Source: an uncultured delta proteobacterium
Lineage (GTDB): Bacteria; Desulfobacterota; WTBG01
Reading direction: 5' to 3'
Length of the DNA stretch: 64,000 nucleotides
NCBI GenBank assembly: GCA_963793865.1
Contig: CAWCBP010000004.1
Coordinates: 322,127 to 386,126, forward strand
The position numbers and the translations under genes were made by a program. The notes below the pieces were generated by a model. The model searched no databases, was not told where the DNA came from, and saw nothing but the letters and a program-made list of their open reading frames with translations. The stretch's first letter is position 1, and every line of letters begins with the position of its first letter. This document shows, one piece after another, positions 49,608 to 59,981 of this stretch.

Positions 49608-49655
49608 TTGACAAATTTCAGGCTCACGTATATGAATGAATGATTGTTCACTCAT
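49608..49655 (+). promoter_or_regulatory. acs promoter with overlapping inverted-repeat operator
   Basis: TTGACA at 49608; ATGAATGAA-tgattg-TTCACTCAT (8/9 inverted repeat) over the -10/+1 region. Confidence 0.5.
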
Positions 49656-49680
49656 TTTAATAATGTGAAGGAGGTTGGTT

Positions 49681-51651
49681 ATGGCAGCAGAGAGCAAAAC
49701 AATATCTTCAGTCAGTTTGGAGGGAAGGGTCTTCAAGGTTCCGGAGGCGCTTAAGAAAACGGCCTATATCAAAGGCGTTGAAGAGTACAACAAAATCTAC
49801 CAGCGGTCGATCGATGATCCCGACGGGTTCTGGGCGGAGTGCGCCGAGCAGCTGCACTGGTACAAGAAATGGGACAAGGTGGAAAGCAGCGATTTTACAA
49901 ACGCCAAAATAGAATGGTTCAGGGGCGGCAAGCTCAACGTGTCGGACAACTGCCTGGACCGGAATCTGGCAACCCGGAAGAACAAGCCCGCCTTGATATG
50001 GGAAGGAGAGCCCGAGGGCGACAGCAAAACCTTCACCTACCAGCAGCTGCACGATGAAGTGTGCAGGTTCGCCAATGTCTTAAAAAAGAAAGGGGTTAAA
50101 AAGGGAGACCGGGTATCCATCTATCTGCCCATGATACCCGAGCTGGCCATTGCCATGCTCGCCTGCACCCGCATCGGGGCCATCCACAGCATCGTCTTCG
50201 GCGGGTTCAGCGCCGAGGCACTGCGGGACCGCATTCAGGACTGCGGCTCAACGGTTCTGATTACATCAGACGGAAGCTACCGTTCCGGCAAGGTCATTGA
50301 TCTTAAGAAAAGCGCGGACAAGGCCGTCGAAGAGTGCCCGACCGTCAAGACCTGCTTCGTCTGCAAGCGCACCGGCAGCCCGGTTTCCATGAAGGACGGC
50401 AGGGACTTCTGGTGGCACGAAGAGATGGGCGCGCCCGGCATCAGCACCGAGTGTGAGCCGGCGCAGATGGACGCCGAGGATCCCCTCTTCATCCTCTATA
50501 CCAGCGGCAGCACCGGGAAGCCCAAGGGTGTTTTGCACACCACCGGCGGTTACACGGTGTACGTCTACCAGACCTTCAAATGGATCTTCGATTACAAGGA
50601 GGAAGACGTCTTCTGGTGCACGGCAGACATCGGCTGGATTACCGGCCACAGCTATATCGTTTACGGGCCGCTCTTAAACGGCGCCACCAGCATCATGTTT
50701 GAAGGCGTGCCCAGCTATCCCAAGTACGACCGGTTCTGGCAAATCATCGAAAAATACAAGGTCAACCAGTTCTACACCGCCCCCACCGCCATCCGGGCCA
50801 TCGCCAAGGAAGGCGATGAGTGGGTGAAAGGCAAGGACTTGAGCAGCCTGCGCATTCTGGGAACGGTGGGCGAACCCATCAATCCGGAAGCCTGGATGTG
50901 GTACTACAACATGATCGGCGGCGGGCGATGCCCCATCGTCGACACCTGGTGGCAGACGGAAACCGGAGGCATACTCATTACCCCGCTTGCCGGGGCCATT
51001 GACGTGAAGCCGGGATCCGCCGGAAGACCCTTTCCCGGGGTAAAGCCGATAGTGGTCAGGGAGGATGGAACACCTGCCGGGGTTAATGAAGGCGGTTATC
51101 TCTGCATCGAACGGCCGTGGCCGGGCATGATGCGGGGCGTGTACGGTGATCCGGACCGTTTCAGAGATACATACTTTATCCAGTTTCCGGGCAAGTATTA
51201 CACCGGCGACGGCGCCAAGCTTGACAAGGACGGCGACTACTGGCTGATGGGACGGCTTGATGATGTCATCAACGTGTCGGGCCATCGCATGGGGACGGCG
51301 GAGGTGGAAAGCGCGCTGGTGTCCCATGCGTCCGTTGCGGAAGCGGCGGTGGTGGGATTCCCCCACAATATCAAGGGTCAGGGCATCTACGCCTTTGTCA
51401 CCGTAAACAGCGGTGTCGAGAAGACCGATCAGCTGAAAAAGGATCTGGTAAACCACGTGCGCAAGGAGATCGGTCCCATTGCCACGCCGGACAAGATTCA
51501 CTTCGCAGACGGGCTTCCCAAAACGCGCAGCGGAAAGATCATGAGAAGAATCCTGAAGAAGATTGCCGCCGGCGAGGTTGACGATCTCGGAGACATCACG
51601 ACGCTTGCGGAACCAAAGGTTGTCGATGATCTGGTCAAGGGAAGACAATAG
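49681..51651 (+). CDS. acs: AMP-forming acetyl-CoA synthetase
   Basis: [39 protein letters not shown] (acetylatable Lys). Confidence 0.97.
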   Translation: MAAESKTISSVSLEGRVFKVPEALKKTAYIKGVEEYNKIYQRSIDDPDGFWAECAEQLHWYKKWDKVESSDFTNAKIEWFRGGKLNVSDNCLDRNLATRKNKPALIWEGEPEGDSKTFTYQQLHDEVCRFANVLKKKGVKKGDRVSIYLPMIPELAIAMLACTRIGAIHSIVFGGFSAEALRDRIQDCGSTVLITSDGSYRSGKVIDLKKSADKAVEECPTVKTCFVCKRTGSPVSMKDGRDFWWHEEMGAPGISTECEPAQMDAEDPLFILYTSGSTGKPKGVLHTTGGYTVYVYQTFKWIFDYKEEDVFWCTADIGWITGHSYIVYGPLLNGATSIMFEGVPSYPKYDRFWQIIEKYKVNQFYTAPTAIRAIAKEGDEWVKGKDLSSLRILGTVGEPINPEAWMWYYNMIGGGRCPIVDTWWQTETGGILITPLAGAIDVKPGSAGRPFPGVKPIVVREDGTPAGVNEGGYLCIERPWPGMMRGVYGDPDRFRDTYFIQFPGKYYTGDGAKLDKDGDYWLMGRLDDVINVSGHRMGTAEVESALVSHASVAEAAVVGFPHNIKGQGIYAFVTVNSGVEKTDQLKKDLVNHVRKEIGPIATPDKIHFADGLPKTRSGKIMRRILKKIAAGEVDDLGDITTLAEPKVVDDLVKGRQ

Positions 51652-51700
51652 CGGACGCGTCTGCTTACGTTTTTCCCGTTCTACTCAGGGAATGCCATAA

Positions 51701-51742
51701 AAACAAAGCACTTACATTATCGTGTAAGTGCTTTGTTTATTG
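51701..51742 (+). terminator. Terminator after acs
   Basis: Perfect 16-bp stem aaacaaagcacttaca-ttatcg-tgtaagtgctttgttt. Confidence 0.75.
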
Positions 51743-52027
51743 GTTTGCCCGGATTGTCACGTAATTGCCCTAATAACTTGTAGGCCCTCCCTACTCCCTG
51801 CCAAAACACATGTTGGCCTGTAATGGGGTATAAGCCGCTACCCTTTCCACCTTGATTTTTTAAATAATATCAAGTACCATTAGCCATTCATTAGGATAAT
51901 AAGATGTTTTTCATGTGTCTCTGGTCCGTCCCCCGGGCTTTTGGCCACTGACGCTGTTGACATCTCGCGGATTCATCTGACCACCGGAACCTGCTACAGC
52001 TTAATAAAAGATTGGTGATTGTTATTG

Positions 52028-54958
52028 ATGGGTATCCTTAACGCATCTCCCCAGTGGAAGCAGTTCTTGGTTCGGATAATTTTTCCGACCGCTGTCACGA
52101 TTGCCCTCTTTATAACCGCCTTTTTTTCGATAATTATCCCCTCCATAGAAAAAAGCAGCCTCGACCGCAAGCGGGAGATGATCCGCGAGCTTACCAACTC
52201 CGCCTGGAATATCCTTGCCAAACTGCACGATGATGAACAGAAGGGTCTGCTCACCAGGGAACAGGCACAGCGTCAGGCTATTGATCAGATTCGCAACCTG
52301 CATTATGGCCAGGAAATGAAGGATTATTTCTGGATTAATGACATGTATCCCCGCATGATCATTCATCCGTATCGTACTGACCTCAATGGACAAGACCTCT
52401 CTAATTATACCGATCCGGACGGGAAGCGCGTCTTCGTGGAATTTGTAAACCTGGTCAAAACACAGGGCGCCGGCTATTTCAACTATATGTGGCAATGGAG
52501 GGATGACAACAGGCGCATTGCGCCAAAAATTTCCTATGTCAAGGGATTTGCCCCCTGGGGGTGGGTCATCGGCACCGGCATCTACATTGATGATGTCAAG
52601 GCCGAAATCAACGCCATAACCCGCAATCTCATCGAGATATCGCTATTTATACTCATAGCCATTGCCCTGCTGCTTGCCAGCATTGCCCGGCAGAGTTATG
52701 TAAACCTCAGGCAACAACAGCTCGCGGAACAGGCATTGCGGGAATCAGAGGAAAAATACCGCACGCTGGTCGAATCTGCAGGTGAAGGCATGCTCATGGC
52801 CCTTGAAGGCACCTACATGTACGCCAATCAAACCATAGCCACCCTGCTTGAATACACGCCTGAAGAGCTGAGCCGGATGGGGGTTTCTGAAATCTTTGCA
52901 GACACTCAAGATCGTCCCGGCAACCACTATGTGCAGGAGCTCCTTTCAGGCACATCAGTTCCCGACCGGTTTGAAACCCAGTTAAAAACCAAAACCGGCG
53001 CCCTCAAAGAGGTGATAGTCTCCACCACTCATATTGCCGTCGGCGGCAGAAACGGTTTCATTGCGGTGGTAACTGATATCACCAAACGCAAACAGGCTGA
53101 AGAAGCCCTGGGAGAAAGCGAGGAAAAATTCAGAACCCTGGCCAACAATCTAAACGTGGGTATTTTCAGAAGGACCATAGGTGAGCATGCCCGGTTCGTG
53201 GAAGTTAATCCGGCGCTCCTGCACCTGCTGGGCTTTCCAACCAAGGAGGAGCTGCTTGCCACCTCAGTCTTTGATCTGTACATCAATCCCGAAGACCGTA
53301 AAAATCTTGAGCCGAAAGTGCACCGCGAAGATTTGAAGCGGGAGATAGTAAAGCTGAGGAAAAAAGACGGAACCAGCTTTACCGCTTCCATCTGGGCGGT
53401 AATGGTGGAAGACGACGAGGGCACTCCCCGATACTTTGACGGCATTATTGAGGATATTACTGACATCCAACTGAGAGAAGAGGAGCGTGAAAAGCTGCTG
53501 GCGGAAATGCAGACGGCACTGCTCTTTTTTAATCAGCCGCTGGGAAGCCAGCAGATGGCCCCGGTGTCGGCATGTCCTGCAACGCTTTCCATAGAGGACG
53601 CTGTCCGCTTGATGGAAGAGCGGCAAACTGACGTGCTGCTGGTGCGCGACGAATCGGGGAAAGACTGCGGCGTCGTTACCGACCGCAATCTGAGAAAGGC
53701 GGTACTGAACGCCGCCACTCAATCTGATGCCCCGGTTGCAGCGATTATGTCACGTCCGGTGCGCTCGCTGCCGGCCAGTGCCTGCCTGTTTGAATCCTGG
53801 CTGTTCATGGAGCAAAACCGTATTTCACACCTGTTTATTACCAACGCGCAGGGCATCATCATCGGGGTGGTGTGCAGCGATGACATCGTCGCCCTGCAGA
53901 AATACTCACCTGCCGTGCTGCTTTGGGAGATTCAGCATGCACAAACCCCCGGTGAAATCATCAACCGCAATGCCATAATGCCCTATCTGATCACCACCCT
54001 CATAAACAGCGGGGCAAAACCCCATAACATAACTCATCTCACCACTATTGTAATCGAAGCCGTTTTGCAAAAGCTGGTTGAATTCGCCGTTGCGGAACTG
54101 GGCCGTCCTCCGGCGCGGTTTTCCTTTCTGGTATTCGGCAGTGAGGGTCGGAAGGAACAGACGCTGCGAACGGATCAGGACAACGCAATCATTTTTGAAG
54201 ACCCGGAGCCGGAACGGCGGGAATCCGTTCAACAGTATTTCGTAAACCTGGGAACAAAAGTGTGTCACTGGCTGAACCAGGCGGGGTACAACTTTTGCGA
54301 GGGTAACAATATGGCACAAAACCCCCAGTGGTGCCAGCCGCTGTCGGTCTGGAAAAAGTATTTCAGCGAATGGGTTTTTACCGGAACCGCAGAAGACCTG
54401 CTGCGGACGAAAATTTTCTTTGATTTTCGCAATGCCTACGGGGAACAAAAGCTGGCGGATCAGTTGCGGGATTACCTGGATGAAATTGTCTCCGACAATC
54501 CGCGCTTTTTTCAGTTGCTGGCCAGAAATGTGCTGTCCTTGAGTCCGCCCATCGGCTTCTTCGGGAACTTTGTTGTCGAATCCGTTGGCGAGCACCGCAA
54601 TGTATTTGATATAAAGAGTTCCATGCTGCCGATAGTCGATTACGCCCGTATCTATGCCATCAACCACAAAATCCGGGCAACCAATACCATCGAGCGCCTG
54701 AATGAGCTGCGCGAGCGAAACATCCTCACGCCGCAGAATCATCAGGAGATGATCCAGGCTTACAGCTATCTTATGCAGATACGGCTGCGGATTCAGGCAG
54801 AGGCCATATCCCGGGAAAATCGCAAGCCGGATAATTACGTCAGTCCCAGGAACCTTACCTCTATTGAGCAGAAGCTTTTGAAGGAGATCTTTTCCCAGAC
54901 CAAAAATTTCCAGGCCAGGCTGAGTTATGACTTTACCGGTCAGTTGGGCGGCGTGTAA
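52028..54958 (+). CDS. Membrane Cache-PAS-PAS-CBS-DUF294 nucleotidyltransferase
   Basis: TM-sCache_2 (DYFWIND...HP...KISYVK...WGWVIGTGIY)-TM, two PAS, a CBS pair, NTase motif GSEGRKEQTLRTDQDN, and DUF294_C (DIK...PIVD.AR...T.ERL). Confidence 0.85.
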   Translation: MGILNASPQWKQFLVRIIFPTAVTIALFITAFFSIIIPSIEKSSLDRKREMIRELTNSAWNILAKLHDDEQKGLLTREQAQRQAIDQIRNLHYGQEMKDYFWINDMYPRMIIHPYRTDLNGQDLSNYTDPDGKRVFVEFVNLVKTQGAGYFNYMWQWRDDNRRIAPKISYVKGFAPWGWVIGTGIYIDDVKAEINAITRNLIEISLFILIAIALLLASIARQSYVNLRQQQLAEQALRESEEKYRTLVESAGEGMLMALEGTYMYANQTIATLLEYTPEELSRMGVSEIFADTQDRPGNHYVQELLSGTSVPDRFETQLKTKTGALKEVIVSTTHIAVGGRNGFIAVVTDITKRKQAEEALGESEEKFRTLANNLNVGIFRRTIGEHARFVEVNPALLHLLGFPTKEELLATSVFDLYINPEDRKNLEPKVHREDLKREIVKLRKKDGTSFTASIWAVMVEDDEGTPRYFDGIIEDITDIQLREEEREKLLAEMQTALLFFNQPLGSQQMAPVSACPATLSIEDAVRLMEERQTDVLLVRDESGKDCGVVTDRNLRKAVLNAATQSDAPVAAIMSRPVRSLPASACLFESWLFMEQNRISHLFITNAQGIIIGVVCSDDIVALQKYSPAVLLWEIQHAQTPGEIINRNAIMPYLITTLINSGAKPHNITHLTTIVIEAVLQKLVEFAVAELGRPPARFSFLVFGSEGRKEQTLRTDQDNAIIFEDPEPERRESVQQYFVNLGTKVCHWLNQAGYNFCEGNNMAQNPQWCQPLSVWKKYFSEWVFTGTAEDLLRTKIFFDFRNAYGEQKLADQLRDYLDEIVSDNPRFFQLLARNVLSLSPPIGFFGNFVVESVGEHRNVFDIKSSMLPIVDYARIYAINHKIRATNTIERLNELRERNILTPQNHQEMIQAYSYLMQIRLRIQAEAISRENRKPDNYVSPRNLTSIEQKLLKEIFSQTKNFQARLSYDFTGQLGGV

Positions 54959-55707
54959 TGATACTGGTTATCTGTGATACCCATTGCTACTTTGATACGG
55001 TCAACCAGCAGATCGAATATGCGGAGAACGCTGCGGGACGCGACATCACCTGCGTCATTCATCTGGGGGACTTTGGAATTTACCGGTCTCACTTGCATGA
55101 CTTTTTTTTTAAAAGGAAAAAACGCTTCAGGCGGCCGCTCTATTTCATTGATGGAAACCATGAGGATTTTGACGCGCTTCCCTGGCTGGTAAAAAAGTAC
55201 GAGGCCTTCTTTACCTACCTGCCGCGGGGGACGGTTCACACCATTGCCGGGTACCGTTTTCTGGCTTTGGGCGGTACCGCATATATGGACTCCATGATCA
55301 CCCAGAAAGGGGCTGTGATCACCGATCAGCAGATAAATGAGTGTCTGGGAGTTCCGGGGGACGCCGTTGATATCATACTGACTCATGATTGTCCGGCAGG
55401 CATCGGCGTACCTAACACGCCCGGATTAGAACATTTTGGAGATACCGGATTCCCGCGCAGCGGCGAACTGGCCGCCCACTTTAAACCAAAACTCTGGCTG
55501 TTTGGCCACCATCATAAGTGGTATGCCTATCAGGATGGCCACACCGCCTATTACGGGTTGTGCGGCGCCTGGAAAGGCTTCGGCATGCTCGATGACCATT
55601 ACCGGTTTACCATCATGCAACATGCCCTTGAATGGGAAAAAACACCATTACTTGAAAAGATTCTAATCAAGCTCAAAATAATAAGACCGGACGCACCGCC
55701 CCAGTGA
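54958..55707 (+). CDS. Calcineurin-like metallophosphoesterase
   Basis: DTH, GDFG, GNHE, THDCP, GHHH; TAATG overlap with the upstream gene. Confidence 0.88.
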   Translation: MILVICDTHCYFDTVNQQIEYAENAAGRDITCVIHLGDFGIYRSHLHDFFFKRKKRFRRPLYFIDGNHEDFDALPWLVKKYEAFFTYLPRGTVHTIAGYRFLALGGTAYMDSMITQKGAVITDQQINECLGVPGDAVDIILTHDCPAGIGVPNTPGLEHFGDTGFPRSGELAAHFKPKLWLFGHHHKWYAYQDGHTAYYGLCGAWKGFGMLDDHYRFTIMQHALEWEKTPLLEKILIKLKIIRPDAPPQ

Positions 55708-55750
55708 ATATCATCATCAATAATCCCGCACATGTGGGTTGTTTATCTGT

Positions 55751-57217
55751 ATGACTCCTCAAAGCACATTGCTGCAATGGAAACCGTTTTCCAAGCGAAT
55801 CGTTCTTCCCACGATCCTCACCATCGTCCTTTTTATCTCCGCAATTTTTTTCATGATCATCCCGGCCATTGAAAAAAACAGCATGGATCACAAGCGGGAG
55901 ATGATCCGCGAGCTTACCAACTCCGCCTGGAACATCCTCGCCAAGCTGCACGACGATGAGCTGAGGGGTCTGCTTACCCGGGAGCAGGCACAGCGTCAGG
56001 CCATTGAGCAGATTCGCAACCTGCACTACGGCCAGGAGGTTAAGGATTACTTCTGGATCAATGACATGCATCCCCGCATGGTGATCCACCCCTACCGCAT
56101 CGACCTCAACGGTAAGGACCTCTCCGATTATACCGATCCTGACGGAAAGCGCCTCTTCGTTGAGATGGTCAGCACCGTGAAGCAGCGTGGATCCGGCTTC
56201 GTACATTATAAATGGCAATCATATGATAACAAAAATCTGGTTTTGCCGAAAATCTCCTACGTGAAGGGTTTTGCGCCGTGGGGCTGGATAATCGGCACCG
56301 GCATCTACCTGGAAGATATTCGCATGGAGATAGCAGAAATGTCCAGCAAGGTGATACAAATTTCACTGGGCATTTTTTTGCTGATCTCCCTGCTGTTTAC
56401 CAGCATCATCAGACAGAGCTACAAAACGCAGAAGCAGCAGAGAATAGCAGAAGAGGAGCTCAAAAAGACCCAATCCAGCCTGGCGCTGGCGGAAAAAATG
56501 GCCTCACTGGGAACGCTGTCCGCAATGGTGGCGCATGAAATTAACAATCCGCTGTCCGGGATTTTGTCCTATGCCAAGCTTTCTTCCAAATATCTGGGGA
56601 AGGAGGAACGTGAGCCGAACACCATTGAAGCAGTCAGGGAACATCTTGCCCTTATCGCAAGCGAGGCAAAACGCTGCGGCGACATTGTCAAGAATCTGCT
56701 TTTGTTCGCCAAGCGATCCCTGGGAGAGATCAAGGAAATTCATCTGAACGAAATCATTGATGTCAGCATTAAAGTGGTCGACCATAGCGCCAGAATGCAG
56801 GATCTGGAGCTGGTAATGGAACCGGATGCCGGCGATGATCTGATCCAGTGTGACGCCGGGGCAATTCAGCAGATTTTTGTCGCCCTGATCATCAATGCCA
56901 TAGAGTCATCCGCGCGGGGAAAGAAAATTATTGTGCGTACCGATTACGGGAACAGGGAACGTGTAACCATCAAGCTGATTGATTATGGTCACGGTATTCC
57001 TGAGGAGGTTCTGCCGCACATCTTCGAGCCGTTCTTTTCGACCAAGACCTCAAATAAAAGTTTGGGATTGGGACTCTCGACGGTATACGGCATTGTTAAG
57101 CGTCATGCCGGCACCATTAATGTGGAATCAAGCGTGGGCAAAGGGACTGAATTTACCATCATCCTGCCCCGGGTGCAGAAATTATCACCTATCGATAATA
57201 AACAAGGAGCTGCGTGA
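55751..57217 (+). CDS. Cache-domain sensor histidine kinase (NtrB-like)
   Basis: TM-sCache_2-TM, VAHEINNPL, PFFSTK, GLGLS. Confidence 0.9.
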   Translation: MTPQSTLLQWKPFSKRIVLPTILTIVLFISAIFFMIIPAIEKNSMDHKREMIRELTNSAWNILAKLHDDELRGLLTREQAQRQAIEQIRNLHYGQEVKDYFWINDMHPRMVIHPYRIDLNGKDLSDYTDPDGKRLFVEMVSTVKQRGSGFVHYKWQSYDNKNLVLPKISYVKGFAPWGWIIGTGIYLEDIRMEIAEMSSKVIQISLGIFLLISLLFTSIIRQSYKTQKQQRIAEEELKKTQSSLALAEKMASLGTLSAMVAHEINNPLSGILSYAKLSSKYLGKEEREPNTIEAVREHLALIASEAKRCGDIVKNLLLFAKRSLGEIKEIHLNEIIDVSIKVVDHSARMQDLELVMEPDAGDDLIQCDAGAIQQIFVALIINAIESSARGKKIIVRTDYGNRERVTIKLIDYGHGIPEEVLPHIFEPFFSTKTSNKSLGLGLSTVYGIVKRHAGTINVESSVGKGTEFTIILPRVQKLSPIDNKQGAA

Positions 57218-57218
57218 C

Positions 57219-58562
57219 ATGAAACCTTCAGATATAGGCATACTGATTGTCGATGACGAGGCTTCCGTGCGGGATGCGCTGTCCAAGTGGTTTAAATTTG
57301 ACGGCTACCGGGTTGATGCGGCGGAAGACGCAACGGTCGCGCTCCAGAAACTGCAGGATAATTTATGGGATATCGTGCTGCTGGACATCAAGATGCCGGG
57401 CATGGATGGCATTGAGCTGCAGCGCAGAATCAAGCAGATCGATAAAAGCATCATTACCATCATCATAACCGCCTTTGCATCAGTGGATACCAGCATTCAG
57501 GCGCTTAAGGAAGGTGCGTTTGACTATATCGTCAAACCGGTTGATCCCGACGATATGAGCCACCTGATAAAAACCGCATGCGAGCATCGCCGGCTGATCT
57601 ATGAAAACATGCAGCTGCGCCAGCAGATCGAAGAAATATCCTTTCCCGAGGAAATCGTCGGCGAGAGCCCGGCCTTGAAAAAGGTCATGGACAAGGTTGC
57701 CACGGTGGCACAGACCGACTCAACGGTCATGATACGGGGGGAAAGCGGCACCGGCAAAGAGCTGATCGCCCGGGCCATTCACAGCAACAGCAACCGGCGC
57801 TACTTCCCCATCATCACCATTAACTGTGGTGCTTACACGGAGGGCCTTCTGGAAAGCGAGCTTTTCGGCCATGAAAAGGGCGCGTTTACCGGCGCACTCT
57901 ACCGCAGGCGGGGCAAACTCGAGATGGCTGATAAAGGCACCATCTTTCTCGACGAGATCGGCAATATAGGACATAAGATGCAGATGGATCTGCTGCGGGT
58001 AATCGAGACCAGGGAATTCACGCGGCTGGGCGGAGACAATCTCATCACTGTGGATTTTCGCATAATCTGCGCAACAAACCGGGATCTTGAAAAAGCGGTG
58101 CGGGAGGGAAGCTTCCGTGAAGATCTGTATTACCGCCTCAATGTGTTCTCAATTACCCTGCCCCCCTTGCGCGAGAGGAAATCCGACATAGCGCTGATCG
58201 CCCGGTTTTTCATCAAAAAATATGCTCAGTCGATGAATAAAAATGTGACCGATTTAAGCCCTGAGACCATGGAGGTGCTTACACGGTATGAATGGCCGGG
58301 CAATGTGCGGGAGCTTCGAAATGTCATCGAGCGTGCCATTGTCGTGGTTCGGGGCAGTGTGATCGAAGCCGGTGACCTGTCGTTCCCTTTCCCGGCCGCG
58401 GCAAAAACCACCGAGGAAAACTCTTTGGAAGAAGTTGAAAAATGCCATATAAAAAAGATTCTCGACCGCACCGGCGGCAACATTGCACAGGCAGCCAATA
58501 TCCTTAAAATCAGCCGCTTGACCCTGTACAATAAAATAGAAAAGTACCGGCTGAAAAAATGA
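57219..58562 (+). CDS. Sigma54-dependent response regulator (NtrC family)
   Basis: Receiver domain, GESGTGKE, GAFTGA, FLDEIG, WPGNVREL, Fis-type HTH. Confidence 0.95.
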   Translation: MKPSDIGILIVDDEASVRDALSKWFKFDGYRVDAAEDATVALQKLQDNLWDIVLLDIKMPGMDGIELQRRIKQIDKSIITIIITAFASVDTSIQALKEGAFDYIVKPVDPDDMSHLIKTACEHRRLIYENMQLRQQIEEISFPEEIVGESPALKKVMDKVATVAQTDSTVMIRGESGTGKELIARAIHSNSNRRYFPIITINCGAYTEGLLESELFGHEKGAFTGALYRRRGKLEMADKGTIFLDEIGNIGHKMQMDLLRVIETREFTRLGGDNLITVDFRIICATNRDLEKAVREGSFREDLYYRLNVFSITLPPLRERKSDIALIARFFIKKYAQSMNKNVTDLSPETMEVLTRYEWPGNVRELRNVIERAIVVVRGSVIEAGDLSFPFPAAAKTTEENSLEEVEKCHIKKILDRTGGNIAQAANILKISRLTLYNKIEKYRLKK

Positions 58563-58580
58563 CCTCTCTCCTGATCGGTC

Positions 58581-59108
58581 ATGTCATATATTTATCTCAT
58601 CCCCATCGCAACAGAATCTCTCTTCTGGCTTGAACCTTTGACTGCAGGCATTTTGCGCGCATTTGGGATTCCTGCCACATGCGCGCCGTGCAGCATTGAT
58701 ATCTCACCGGCATTTGATCCGCTGCGGCAGCAATATAACTCTTCATATCTGTTGGGTACGCTGCTCGCGCAGCCGCTGGCAAACACAGGCAAAGTGCTGG
58801 GAATTGCTGAAGTGGATTTGTTTATACCGATTCTGACTTTTGTTTTCGGTGAAGCGCAGCTTGACGGCCCGGGGGCGATTGTTTCAATGCATCGCCTCAA
58901 CAACACATTTTATGGAATGCCGGAAAACAAAGCGCTGCTCACGCAGCGCATTGTAAAAGAATCAATCCATGAACTCGGGCACACCTTCGGGCTCCTGCAC
59001 TGCCCTTCTCCCGGCTGTGTTCTTAATTCATCAACCTATGTAGAAGATATTGACCAGAAGTCAGATGCGTTTTGCCGGCAGTGCCAGAAGCAGTTGCATG
59101 CTATGTAG
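58581..59108 (+). CDS. Archaemetzincin (peptidase M54)
   Basis: FVFGEA, HELGHTFGLLHC....C, FCRQC. Confidence 0.9.
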   Translation: MSYIYLIPIATESLFWLEPLTAGILRAFGIPATCAPCSIDISPAFDPLRQQYNSSYLLGTLLAQPLANTGKVLGIAEVDLFIPILTFVFGEAQLDGPGAIVSMHRLNNTFYGMPENKALLTQRIVKESIHELGHTFGLLHCPSPGCVLNSSTYVEDIDQKSDAFCRQCQKQLHAM

Positions 59109-59877
59109 GCTCTTCGGCACGACAGAGTGACTCAAGAATGTGATAGTACTGCTCAGAGGTTAACACTGCTGCAAGGCTGGTTATGGTTTCTCCGCCGTCC
59201 TGCATGGTGGGGCCGATATTTATTTCACTCCGGTTAAGCGCGACCGTTCGTGCCGCAACCACCTCACGCTCTCTTTGCTGATACCACTCCCTGGCTCTTT
59301 TGCCGAACAAAAGCGCTTGCAAATCACGCTCCAGGTTATCAGGCCCTATGGTTACAAGCCAGCCACATTGCCAGGGGTCGCTGCGGACCAATGAAGGGTG
59401 TTTTTTGAGATCTGCATTAACCGAGATCACCGATCCGCTCAGCGGTGAAATGAGCGGCACGATGTGCCGCTCATGTATAAGATGGGAAAAACATTGTCCC
59501 TGCTTTACCTCCTCGCCTTCCTTGGGCAGCACAACCGCTTTGATGGTTCCCACCAGCTGTGCCAGTATGCCGTCTATGCCGATGCGAACCTCATCGGAAT
59601 TTTCAACTTTTGCCCAGCAGTGATACTGATGGTAAAACAGCGATTCATGCATCTGCCGGGAGAGTTCATCTGCGGACCCGCCCGCGCATACGACTGAGCT
59701 GCGGTAATCGGCACCGCTTCCCGCTACAGACTCATTGCGCATCACCCGGTCAAAATCGCACTCCTCGCAGCGGAAATCAATGGTACACAGCCTGTAAGCT
59801 ATTAAACCGGTGGTCATCCACACGCATTGCTTTTCTTCGTTTGGTATGAGATGGCATTCCTTTTTTCTCATGGCCAC
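59101..59877 (-). CDS. GcvH-like protein with Cys-rich N-terminus, no lipoyl-Lys
   Basis: H.WAK...VRIGID...SPLSG.V..VN...P.....DP...GWL fold; CVWM..G...YRLC...FRCEECDFD. Confidence 0.8.
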   Translation of the reverse strand: MAMRKKECHLIPNEEKQCVWMTTGLIAYRLCTIDFRCEECDFDRVMRNESVAGSGADYRSSVVCAGGSADELSRQMHESLFYHQYHCWAKVENSDEVRIGIDGILAQLVGTIKAVVLPKEGEEVKQGQCFSHLIHERHIVPLISPLSGSVISVNADLKKHPSLVRSDPWQCGWLVTIGPDNLERDLQALLFGKRAREWYQQREREVVAARTVALNRSEINIGPTMQDGGETITSLAAVLTSEQYYHILESLCRAEEPT

Positions 59878-59981
59878 CGCTCAGTCCATGACCATGCACG
59901 GGGCTTGCTGATAATAATTCCAGCCGTAACCTGTGTGATGCAAGCTTTGTGCATGGTCATTCGTCCAGAGTTGCAAATGCC

